From NCBI RefSeq assembly GCF_044704955.1, contig NW_027252026.1:62001-126000 (forward strand): DNA of 64,000 nucleotides, written 5' to 3'. The notes beneath the pieces are model-generated. The model made no database searches. It was given only the letters and a program-made list of their open reading frames with translations, and was not told where the DNA came from. The position numbers and the translations under genes are program-made. Below are positions 1 through 11,344 of the stretch, piece by piece; position 1 is the first letter of the stretch, and each line of letters starts with the position of its first letter. The DNA comes from Pristiophorus japonicus. Its lineage: Eukaryota.

Positions 1-129
1 AGGCGACTCAAGTTGTGAGGCGCCGGCTCAACAGCTCCACAAACCTGTGAGCATACTCACAGAGTATACATGACACTCACTAACCTTCGAACCCACCAGA
101 CACTAAGCAACAATTCTACAAAACCAGAG

Positions 130-310
130 GGCCGTGGATGCTCAGTGAGTGTATTCAAGACAGATGGATAGATTTTTGGGATATTAATAGAGTTAAGGGA
201 TATGGAGATAGTGCAGGAAGGTGGAGGTCAGGTAGAAGATCAGCCATGATCTTACTGATGTTGGAGCTGGCTTAAAGGGCTGAATGGCCTCCTCCTATTT
301 CTTATGAATT
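130..310 (+). mobile_element. CR1 LINE 3' end fragment
   Basis: Matches the 3' ends of the other CR1 copies (gatcagccatgatctt...gaatggcctcctcctatttcttatg). Confidence 0.7.
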
Positions 311-329
311 GCCTCCTGTGGTTAAAGTC

Positions 330-632
330 CAGCCCATCCCCCCCCAATATCTGCACCCCCCACAATAGCCCCCCCAATAGCCTCCTGGCCCCAATATCCC
401 CACGCCCCCTTCGCAATATCCTCCCCCCCCCAATATTCCCCCACCATCCCCCTAAAATCCCCACACCTCTAATATTCCCATCCCTCCAATATCCCCATCA
501 ATATCCCCACCTCCCCCATATTCCCCCCAAAAATAGCCCCACCAATAACCCCACCCCAAAATCCCCATATACCCCCAAATATCCCCTCCACCCTCCAATA
601 TCCCCCTCCCCCCCGCCAATATCCACATCCAC
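330..632. repeat. C-rich low-complexity repeat (CCCCAATAT-like)
   Basis: Degenerate repeated ccccaata(t) units. Confidence 0.85.
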
Positions 633-635
633 CCG

Positions 636-1300
636 TCTGTCAGGGGCAGTACTGAGGGAGCGCTGCACTGTCGGAGGGGCAGTACTGAGGGAGCGCTGCA
701 CTGTCGGAGGGGCAGTACTGAGGGAGTGCCGCACTGTCGGAGGGGCAGTACTGAGGGAGTGCCGCACTGTCGGAGGGGCAGTACTGAGGGAGTGCCGTAC
801 TGTCGGAGGGCAGTACTGAGGGAGTGCCGCACTGTCGGAGGGGTAGTACTGAGGGAGTGTAGTCACTGTTGTAGTGTGGGAGGCGCGGCAGACAATTTGC
901 GCACAGCGAGCTCCCACAGGCAGCAATGTGGTGGTGATCGAGTAATCTGTTTTTTTGTTGCGTTGATTGAGGGATAGATATTGGCCCGGGACACCGGGGA
1001 TAACTCCCCTGCTCTCTTCAAGGTAGTGCCAGGGGATCTTTGCATCCACCCGAGAGGGCAGACGTTTAATGTCACATCCGAAAGACGGCACCTCTGATAA
1101 TGCAGCGCTCCCTCAGTACTGACCCTCCGACAATGCAGCGCTCCCTCAGTACTGGCCCTCCGACAATGCAGCGCTCCCTCAGAACTGACCCTCCGACAAT
1201 GCAGCGCTCCGTCAGTACTGGCTCTCCGACAGTGGCTGTAAAGTGCTTTGAGACATTCGGTGGTCGTGAAAGGCGCTATATAAATCCAAGTCTTTCTTTC
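636..1300 (+). mobile_element. Deu-domain SINE remnant with a 33-bp minisatellite expansion and an internal inversion
   Basis: Unit CTGTCGGAGGGGCAGTACTGAGGGAGCGCTGCA occurs about 7 times on + (636-858). The SINE body is reversed (about 856-1100), then about 4 reversed units, then a forward L2-like tail (ggctgtaaagtgctttgag...aaaggcgctatataaat). Family name is from recall. Confidence 0.7.
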
Positions 1301-2260
1301 ATCGACCTAGCATCTACAGCCCTCTGGAGTAGAGAATTCCAAATATTCACAACCCTCTGAGTGAAGTGAAGAAATGTCTCCTCATCTCGGACTTAAATGG
1401 CCTACCCCTTCTCCTGAGACTGTGACCCTATCGTTCTAGATTCTCCAACCAGCGTAAACAACCTCTCAGCATCTACCCTGTCAATCCCCCTCAGTATTTT
1501 ATATTTTTCAATGAGATCACCTCCCATTCTTCTAAACTCCAGAGAGGATAGGCCCACTCTACACAATCTCTGCTCATAAAGACAGCCCTCTCAACCCAAG
1601 AATCAATCTAGTGAACCTTTGTTCCACCGCCTCGAAGGCAAGTATATCCTTCCTCAGATAAGGAGACCAAAACTGTGCACAGTACTCCAGGTGTGGTCTC
1701 CCCAAAGCCCTCGGGTGGATGTGGGGGATCCCATGGCCCAATTTCTAAGAAGAGTTTAAAAGGGGTAGGCCATTTAGGACTGAGATGAGGAGAAACTTCT
1801 TCACTCAGAGAATTGTTAACCTGTGGAATTCCTTGCCGCAGAGAGTTGTTGATGCCAGTTCATTGGATATATTCAAGAGGGAGTTAGATATGGCCCTTAT
1901 GGCTAAAGGGCTCAAGGGGTTTGGAGAGAAAGCAGGAAAGGGGTACTGAGGTGAATGATCAGCCATGATCTTATTGAATGGTGGTGCAGGCTCGAAGGGC
2001 CGAATGGCCGACTCCTGCACCTATTTTCTATGTTTCTATGTTTCTATGTCTCATCCGAAAGAGTTGTCCCCAGGGTTCTGGCAGATATTTATCCCTCAAT
2101 CAACATTGCAAAGCAGTTTGTCTGGTCATTGTCGCATTGCTGTTTGTGGGAGTTGCTTATGCGCAGGTTGGCCGCCTCATTTCCCACATTACAACAGTGA
2201 TGGATGTAAAGCGCTTTGAGATGCGAGGTGGTCATGAAAAGTGTTGTATAAAGGCAAGTA
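1300..2260. mobile_element. CR1 fragments (minus 1300-1710, plus 3' end 1750-2050) and a Deu-SINE fragment (2050-2260)
   Basis: RTEMRRNFFTQR-type coding sequence and a TTCTATGT tail at 2026-2049. Confidence 0.75.
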
Positions 2261-2409
2261 TTCCTTTTATATATATATATATATATAAACAAAAACTTTT
2301 AAAAAATATACACACATACATATACACACACACACACACATATATAATCTCAGTGAATGGCGGAACAGGCTCAAGGGGCTGAATGGCCTCCTTTGCTGTG
2401 TTCCTATGA

Positions 2410-2685
2410 CAGGGAGGGGCACCAGTAAATGGGGGATAGGGGAGGGGCACCAGTAAATGGGGGATAGGGAAAGGCACCAGTATATGGGGGCAGATAGGGG
2501 AGGGGCACCAGTAAATGGGGGATAGGGAAAGGCACCAGTAAATGGGGGCAGATAGGGGAGGGACACCAGTAAATGGGGGATAGGGAAAGGCACCAGTAAA
2601 TGGGGGATAGGGGGAGAGGGGCACCAGTAAATGGGGGATAGGGGGAGGGGCACCAGTAAATGGGGGATAGGGGGATAGGGGAACC
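2410..2685. repeat. Minisatellite of about 28-37 bp units (GGCACCAGTAAATGGGGGATAGGG core)
   Basis: About 8 tandem copies visible. Confidence 0.9.
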
Positions 2686-4719
2686 AGCCCACACTGCGAT
2701 ATGTGTGCGCACTAGGTCCATGCAGCAGAGCAGATCTCCAGTCGTCCTGGTTAACCCTTGCCACTGGATAAAGGCCTAGCTCTGTCAAGCCCGTGTGCAA
2801 CGGTCACCACACGTTAAAAAAATCCACGCACAGGCATCTTCCACCCCCTCAATTGGTGTTCAGGATCTGGAACATGGGGTCCTTCTCAAAAGTGGGCGTT
2901 ACAGCCATCTAAGCCAGTTTTGGCCATTTAGGCCACTTTGGCCAGCTAATAGTTACTCCAAATCTACTTAGGCCAGCGTATGTGACCACTTGTGGCCATT
3001 TGTGAAAACCCTTGGAGAGTTAAGAAATCAGCGCAGGTAGGTACATCGGAGGCCAGCAGAACTTAATGACTTGATTAAAGAATGTGAATAGGATCAAACA
3101 GCTATACAGGACATCATATGACAAACTTCGCAAAGTTAATTTACTATACAAACAGAAGCATTCATGGAAGCTTAAACTACAAAAATAAAAGTAAAAGATA
3201 GTTGAATTAAATTGCCCTAATCTTTCAACTAATTTAAACAACTATTTGTTTGCAATGATTATACTGGGCCAAAATTGAGCCCATATTATCTAAATAAAGT
3301 CTACTTCAATAAATAAGATATTCTCTCAGTGTTCCTCCATCACTTATGTTCTTCTTTCACAATAGCACCAGGTAAATAGGCTTGACAAATGGTCACCACT
3401 ATTCACAAGAGACAAAATATATTTGCATAATTTTTTTCAAAATATCCAAATAAAAAATAGAAGTAAGTCCTACCCTACCTTCATCTTCAGCACAGAAAGG
3501 CAGCGGGCCAGCATGTGCGGTAAGCCACTCGGCTTGGGATAGGGGCGGAACGTACCAGCAGCCGGTATGATGATGATGATCAGGTCCCATGCTGCAGCAC
3601 GCACACTGAGAGGCTGGGGGCGAGGAGCTACTGCGCATGCGCACACACCCCAACGCGCATGTGCAGATGTCCCGGCACTGTTTTCAGCGCAGGACGCTGG
3701 CTCCGCCCCCGACTCGACTAGCCACGCTGTACGAAGACCCGGGAGAGGCCGGACAGCAGCCAAAGTGGGGACGCATTTTTTCGGAGCACTTTTCAACGCA
3801 AAAAAGCGGCGCATCTCCGGTGAATGCGCCGAAAAAAGAGGTGGAACAATTTTGAACCCTATGTCAGGACAAAGAGAAGGGAGGAGAGGCTTATACAAGA
3901 GGACGAGAGAGATCGAGAAAGACTCAAACACACCCAACTTTAATCAGTGACATATTTTAAAATGCCGATGTTCTGTCTTTTTCTACACTGAAGTAAGCTT
4001 CCTGTTGGTTACTGTGGTACTTCCTTGTACAATCTCTAAATGCTCAGATCATGGATATTATTTAAAACTGGACTGAAACAAATGACCAGTAACCAGGGCA
4101 TTTGCCACCTATCAGCTTGAAACTACCGTCAGTCGTAGGGAGAAGAGCCACCTTAAAATGAATCGCTATTTGAAGTTAACGAAAGGTTCATGTATATTGC
4201 TCCATAAAACAGAGCGTTCTCAGACTTATTTTGAGTAACACACGACATCCACTGGCAACCTATTAAAAATGGTGCACAGGATGCATTTCCTGTTTGACTG
4301 TCACATTTCCTGTGTGACTGTCACATTTCCTGTGTCACACTTTGGGTGTCACACCTTCTCATATGCAAATTTCTCCCAGCCGATAGGATCAAATTTCACA
4401 TTCATCAACCACCAACAGATCATAACTGCACAGGTGGAGAACGTGAGAATCAGCAGGTAACAAGCAGGAATGAAAAACACCAAAACACAAAGCTCCAAAA
4501 ACTACAAATTAAGATGTGCAGTCAGCAGTAGCTATGATAGGCCCAGGCAAACCAATTCACATCTGGTTTCTTCATCTAACATCAACAGGTTAAAAAATAC
4601 ATTGAATCAAATACGTAAGATTTTCAACTTGCGTAAAACTGCTGTTGTGAGCTGACACCCAGTGTAGAATCCACCAAATCCTCATTGCACAAGACAAGGT
4701 TCTTTTTTTTTAAATTAGT

Positions 4720-5800
4720 CAATCTCCTGTGACGTTGTACATTGTAACCGGAATGTCTTTATGTTGTTCTTCTTGACTTGTCTACAGACTTTGACATGAT
4801 TTACCATTCCATCCTCCTCCAAACCCTCTCCACCGTTGACCAGCTGGGTGGGACTGCACTCACCTGGTTTCAATCTTATCTATCGAACCGTTGCCAGAGA
4901 ATAGTTTCTCTTCCTACTCCTGCACCGTTAACTCTGGTTCCCCCCCACAAGGATCTATCCTTGGCCCCCTCCTATTTATCATCTACATTGGCAACATCAT
5001 TCAAAAATACAGCGCCAGTTTCCACACATACGCTGACGACTCCCAGCTTCACCTCACTACCACTTCTCTCCACCCCGTCACGGTCTCTAAATTGTCAGAC
5101 TGCCTATCCAACATATCGTACTGGATGAGCAGAAATGTTCTCCAATTAAATATTGGGACAACCAAAGCCATTGTTTTCAGTCCCCGTCACCAACTCCGTT
5201 CCCCAGCCACTTACTCCATCCCTGTCCTGTCTGAGGCTGAACCAAGCTGTTCACAACCTTGGTGCCATATTTGACCCGGAAATCAGCTTCCAAACATTTA
5301 TCTGCAGCTTAACTAAGACCACCTAGTTCCAACTCTGTAACATCGATCGTCTCCGACCCTGCCTCAGCTCATCCGCTGCTGAAACCCTCATCCATCTCTT
5401 TTTACCTTTATTTTTGAATATTCAAACATTCTATCCTACAAACTTGAGGTCATCCAAAACTCGGCAGCCCGTGTCCTAACTCGCACTAAGTCCCACTCAC
5501 CCATCACTCCTGAGCTCGCTGACCTACATTGGCTCCCAGTTAAGCAACGCCTCAATTTGAAAATTCTCATCCTTGTTTTCAAATCCCTCCACGGCCTCGC
5601 CCTCCCTTTCTCTGTAATCTCCTCCAGCCCCACAACCCCTCGAGATGTCTGCGCTCCTCTAATTCTGTCCTCCTGAACATCCTGGATTATAATCGCTCCA
5701 CCATTGGTGGCCGTGCCTTCTGTTGCCTGGCCCCAAGCTCTGGAACTCCCTGCCTAAACCTCTCCGCCTCTCTACCTCGTTCCTCCTTCAAGATGCTCCT
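4720..5800 (+). mobile_element. L2-clade LINE, degenerate RT and 3' end
   Basis: Motifs [35 protein letters not shown] and HITPELADLHWLPV, with multiple frameshifts. Confidence 0.85.
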
Positions 5801-6369
5801 TAACAACAACAACTTGTATTTATATAGTGCCTTTAATGTAAAACGTCCCAAGGCGCTCCACAAGCTCGGTCAAAGAGGTAGGTTTTAGGGAGAGCCTAAA
5901 AGGTGTAAAGAGTAGAGAGGTCCCCCGCAACTTTCCTTGTATCTCGGTTCTTTTCTGCTGTTGTCTTTTTTTGTCTGAACTTATTTTTTGTGCACATCAG
6001 CTCCCTGCAGAATCTATTCCCTCCTTCACCCTGTCTTGCACTCTTGCTCCTGTTCTGCCCCTCCTGAAAACATTGCAATCTGATGTTTATGTTGCACTCC
6101 TGCACAATTCCCAGCCAGGTTTGTCAGTGCTGTTAAATCCGTGCCACCATTGTTTCTCATTCCCTCAGTAAGCCCCACACTCCCAGCATTGACAGACTTT
6201 ATCTTTTGGCCGTATTTAAAGCTGCTCCTTGCCCTTGTTTATCTGTCCAAGCTCACACTTCCTTTCAGGATTGTTGCTGCACACAACTCATTGATTTGAT
6301 TTCCCGCTTCTATTCCTTCTCATGCTGTGATTGACCACAAATGGTTTGTTTGTATATTTGGGTCATCCG

Positions 6370-6725
6370 GTTCAAACTTCCCGCGCGCCCAACCGTCCCC
6401 GCCCCGCCCCGCCCCGCGCGGCGCTGGGGACCAATCAGAATGGCGAGTGGATGAGGCGGGAACAGCGGAGCGGCGCCGCGGTTGGAGGCGATGGCGGCCG
6501 GTGAGCGGAGGCTGAGCCCGGGCCCGGGCGGGCGGGGAGAGGCTGGGGGCCGGGGCCGGGGCCGGGGCCGGCCTGCAGTGAGCGGGGGGCGGACCCGGGC
6601 GGGGGATGGATGGATGGGGTTAGGGGGGAGTGGGCTCCAGGGGCCGAGGTGGTGCGGGGGGGGGGGGAGTGTGTGGCGGCAGTGGGCTGGAGGAGGCAGT
6701 GAGCGGGGCGGGGCGGGGCGGGGAT
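6370..6725 (+). promoter_or_regulatory. CpG-island promoter (GC boxes, CCAAT, E2F/CHR-like and YY1-like motifs)
   Basis: Very GC- and CpG-rich. Tandem CCCCGCCC at 6397-6415, CCAATCA at 6431, TTCAAACTTCCCGCGC at 6371-6386, GATGGCGGC over the ATG at 6491. Confidence 0.8.
6491..6500 (+). CDS. Probable first coding exon (Met-Ala-Ala, phase-1 donor) of an unidentified gene
   Basis: gaggcgATGGCGGCCG|GTGAGC gives a strong Kozak context and a donor-like site followed by a G-rich intron start. No downstream exon identified. Confidence 0.5.
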
Positions 6726-6974
6726 AAACTCCCTCCAACACTCCCCAGTCAGGGCAGTAACTGCGGCCAATGCCAATAGTTCCCGGGACAACTCCATCTT
6801 CCCTCCTGCAGCACACAGGCTCACAGTCCTGGCTGAGAACGTGGGGCCAATCCTTTCAACCCACATCCCAATATGATCGCTTGTATTCGAGCTGTGACAA
6901 CAATGTGGGGAAGTGAAGTGACATTGAGCCACCTGTGGACCATGGACGGTAACAGGAGACAGCGCGTGTATACA

Positions 6975-7945
6975 ACACATCATCACCATCACAGGCAGTC
7001 CCTCGGGATCGGGGGACACTTGCTTCCACTCTAACACTGAGTTGTCAGGTGACGGAACCGTCCAATTGGGGAATGACAGTCTGTGCCACAGGTGGGACAC
7101 ACAGTGGTTGGAGGAAAGGGTGGCTGGGACTGGTTTGCCGCACGCTCCTTCCGCTGCTTGCGCTTGGTTTCTGCACGCTCTCGGCGACGGGACTCGAGGT
7201 GCTCAGCGCCCTCCCGGATGCTCCTCCTCCACTTCGGCTGGTCTTTGGCCAGGGACTCCCAGGTGTCAGTGGGGATGTCGCACTTTATCAGGGAGGCTTT
7301 GAGGGTGTCCTGGAAACATTTCCTCTGCCCACCTGGGGCTCGCTTCCCGTGTACGACTTCCGAGTAGAGCGCTTGCTTTGGGAATCCTGTGTCTGGCGTG
7401 CGGACAATGTGGCCCGCTCAACGGAGTTGGTCGAGTGTGGTCAGTGCTTCGATGTTGGCCTGATCGAGAACACTGACGGTGCCTCTGTCCTCCCAGGGGA
7501 TTTGCAGGATCTTGCGGAGATATCGTTGGTGGTATTTCTCCAGCGCTTTGCGGTGTTTACTGTACATAGCCCACGTCTCTGAGCCATACAGGAAGGCGGG
7601 TATCGCTACCTCACTGTAGACTATAAGCTTGGTGCCAGATTTGAGGTCCTGGTCTTCAAACAATTTCTTCTTCAGATGACTGAAGGCTGCACTAGAGACG
7701 GTGTTGGACCTCGTCATCGATGTCTGCCCTTGCTGATAATAGGCTCCCGAGGTATGGAAAATGGTCCACGTTGTCCAGGGCCGTGCCGTGGACTTTGATG
7801 ACCGGGACACAGTGCTATGTGGCGGGGTCAGGTTGGTGGAGGACCTTTGTCTTACGGATGTTTAGTGCAAGGCTATGCTTTCGTAGCCTCAATGATGGTG
7901 TTGACCATGGCTTGTAGTTCGGCCTCTGAGTGTGCGCAGAAGCAA
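6975..7945 (-). mobile_element. RTE-clade LINE 3' fragment
   Basis: IPAFLYGSETWAMYSKHRKALEKYHQRYLRKILQIPWEDR and LNIRKTKVL motifs, with a (tga)n-like tail. Confidence 0.85.
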
Positions 7946-7969
7946 GCGCAGTACAGTATACTTCATGGT

Positions 7970-9225
7970 AGAAGACAAAAACATCCCAATAATGGATAAT
8001 CAAGGGGCTATCAGGAGGAACTGAAAACAATCACTGTCACTAAAGAAGAAGTACTCAGTAAAATAATGGGACTAAAGGTGGATAAGTTCCCTGGACCTGA
8101 TGACTTGCATCCTAGGGTCTTAAAAAAAGTGACTGCAGAGATAGTGGATGCATTGGTTGTAATTTAACCAAAATTCCCTGGATTGTGGGAAGGTCCCAGA
8201 GGCTGGAAAACTGCAAATGTAATGCCCCTATCTAAAAAAGGAGGCAGACAGAAAGCAGGAAATTATAGACTAGTTAGCCTTACATCTGTCGTTGGCCAAA
8301 TGCTGGAGTCCATTATTAAGTAAGCAGTAGCAGGACATTTGGAAAAGCATAATTCAATTAAGCAGAGTTAGCATGGTTTCATGAAAGGAAAAACATGTTT
8401 GACAAATTTGCTGGAATTCTTTGAGGATGTAACGTGCAGGGTGGTTAAGGGGGAACCAGTGGATGTGTATTTGGATTTCCAGAAGGCATTCGATAAGATG
8501 CCACATAAAAGATTACTGCACAAGATAAAAGTTCATGGGGTTGGGGATAATATATTAGCACGGATTGAGAATTAGCTAACTAACAGAAAACAGAGAGATG
8601 GGATAAATGGGTCATTTTCCGTTTGGTAAACAATAACTAGTGGGGTGCTGCAGGGATCGGTGCTGGGGCCTCAACTATTTACAATCTATAATAATGATTT
8701 GGATGAAGGGATTGAGTGCAATTAAGCCAAGTTTGCTGATGATACAAAGATGGGTGGGAAAGCAAGTTGTGAGGAGGGCACAAAACATCTGCAAAGGGAT
8801 ATAGACAGGCTGAGTGGGCAAAAATTTGTCAGGTGGAGTATAATGTGGGAAAGTGTGAGGTTATCCACTGGCAGAATTTTTTTTTAAAAGCAAATTATAA
8901 TTTAAATGGAGAAAAATTGCAAAGTGCTGCAGGGATAAAGATGGAGAAGGTAGAATATGAGAATAAATTAGCAAGAAATATAACAACATACAGTAAGAGC
9001 TTCTACAGGTATGTCAAAAGGAAACGAGTAGCTAAAGTAAACGTTGGTCCCTTAGAGGATGAGACTCGGGAATTAATAATGGAAAAACAGGGAAATGGCA
9101 GAGACTTTGAACAAATATTTTGTATCGGACTTTACAGTAGAGGACACTAAAAACATCCCAATAATTGATAATTGAGCTATTGTGGGGTGGGAGGCGGGGG
9201 TAGACTTGAAACAATCACTATCACT
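7970..9225 (+). mobile_element. Degenerate CR1 ORF2 fragments
   Basis: [25 protein letters not shown] and FADD motifs with stops; rearranged near 8930. Confidence 0.85.
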
Positions 9226-9835
9226 AGACCATAAGTTTGGTGCCAGATTTGAGGGCCTAATCTTCGAACACTCTCTTCCTCAGGCGGCCGACGGTTGCAC
9301 TGGAGGCGGTGTTGAACCTCGTCGTCGATGTCTGCCCTTGCTGATAATAGGCTCCCGAGGTATGGAAAGTGATCCACGTTGTCCAGGGCCGGGCCGTGGA
9401 TCTTGATAACTGGGGGGCAGTGCTGTGTTGCGGGGTCAGGTTGGTGTAAGGCCAATGCTTTTCGGTGAAGATGTCGACGATGACTTGGAGTTCAGCCTCT
9501 GAATGTGCGCAGACACAAGCGTTGTCCACGTACTGTAGTTTGATGAGAGGGTGCGAGACCCGCCCTCCTGTATGGTTCATATACAGTACACACCTCACAT
9601 CGCTGGAGAAGTAACTCCAGCGATGCCTCCGCAAGATCCTGCAAATCCCCTGAGAGGACAGACGCACCAATGTCAGTGTTCTCGATCAGGCCAACATCCC
9701 CAGCATCAAAGCACTGACCACACTCGACCAGCTCCGTTGGCCGGGCCACATTGTTCGCATACCCGACACAAGACTCCCAAATCAAACGCTCTACTTGGAA
9801 CTCCTACACGGCAAGCGAGCCCCAGGTGGGCAGAG
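9225..9835. mobile_element. RTE fragment with an inverted 5' portion
   Basis: 9225-9545 on minus encodes LQYVDN...DHFPYLGS...RVFED. 9550-9835 on plus continues with the next part (PALLYG...LRKILQI...RLP). Confidence 0.75.
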
Positions 9836-10424
9836 CTTTCTCCTAGAGCTTTACTGGACACTGATGCATTTCTAAACAGCCAAACAAACCTGTTGACAAG
9901 CCATTGCTCTTTTACATAGAAACATAGAAACCTACAGCACAGAAGGAGGCCATTCCGACCCATCGTGTCCGTGCCGGCCGACAAAGATCCACACGGCCCT
10001 CGGTCAGCAGCCCTGAAGGTTACAGATAAACCTATGAACAATGTGGAAAATCTAAAAAGCCTAACCAGTCCACCCCCACACAACCGCGACACCCCTTTCA
10101 CCGAAACATTCTATATCCCACCCCAACCGGAGACAGGTGATCTCCTGAGCGAGGCAAAAACCAGATTTTAAAATCCAGGCCAATTGTGGAAAAACAAATC
10201 TGGGAAAATTCTTCTCTGACCCATCCAGGCAATCGAAACTTGTCCCGGAGATCACCCTGGCCATATTCGATTCCCTGCAGTATTTGCCATCTTATCTGCG
10301 CCATCCAACAAGAGGTTATCCAGTCTAATCCCACTTAGCAGCTGTAGTTCCGTAACCCTGCAGATTACGGCACTTTTAAGTGCCCATCCAAGCACCTTTT
10401 AAATATGGTGAAGGTTTCTGTATC

Positions 10425-10639
10425 TGTTACGCTCATAAGAAAGTGATACAATTGAGTACTGTATGCAATGAGTAAGTGTGACCCTAGCTCCTTTAATTAA
10501 ACTCCAGAGTGTCGGTACAGCATGGGAGGCCTGCTTATATACAGTGCTCCCAAGGGATGCTGGGATTCCTTGGGACTCCGAACAGGTAGGCCCTCTGCTG
10601 GTGGTATGATACAGGTTGCCAAGAGTTACATACATAACA
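10425..10639 (-). mobile_element. Gypsy-type solo LTR with a perfect 5-bp TSD (GTATC)
   Basis: TGTTA...TAACA termini, GTATC at 10420-10424 and 10640-10644, diverged relative of the LTR at 11345. Confidence 0.85.
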
Positions 10640-11344
10640 GTATCCACCACCCTTCGGGCATTGAGTTCCAGACCCCCATAACCCTCTGAGTGAAGAAGCC
10701 TCCCCTCAAATCCCCTCAGAACCTTCCACCAACCACCTTAAAACTATGCCCGCTCGTAATTGACTCCTCAACCAAGGGAAATAGTTCCTTGGTCTCCACT
10801 ATATCCAGGCCCCTCAAAATGTTATACACCTCAATGAGGTCTCCTCTCGACCTCCTCTGTTCCAAATGAGAACAAAGCTAGCCTATCCAATCATTTCTCA
10901 TAGCTAAAATTCTCCAGTCCAGGCAACATCCTCATAAATCTCCTCTGAAGCCTCTAGTGCAATCATATCTTTCCTGTAATGTGGTGACCAGAACTGCACG
11001 CAGTACTCCAGCTGTGGCCTAACTAGTGTTTTATACAGTTCAAGCATAGCCTTCCTGCTCTTGTATTCTATGCCTCGGCTAACAAAGGCAAGTATTCCGT
11101 GTGCCTTCTTAACCACCTGGCCTGCTATCTTCAGTGATCTGTGGACATGCACTCCTAGGTCCCTCTGTTCCTCTACACCCTTGTGTCCTACCATTTATTG
11201 TGTATTCCCTTGCCTTGTTGGCCATCCTCAAATGCATTACTTCACACTTCTCCGGAATGAATTCCATTTGCCACTTTTCTGCCCACCTGACCAGTTTATT
11301 GATATCTTCCTGAAGTCTACAACTTCCTTCTTCATTATCAACTA

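Noticed and set aside
252-1360. Long ORFs with TVGGAVLRERC or proline-rich repeats (also 2232-2800, 23356-25045, 28452-29005, 54577-55209)
   Set aside because: They are translations of minisatellites and low-complexity DNA that are open in several frames.
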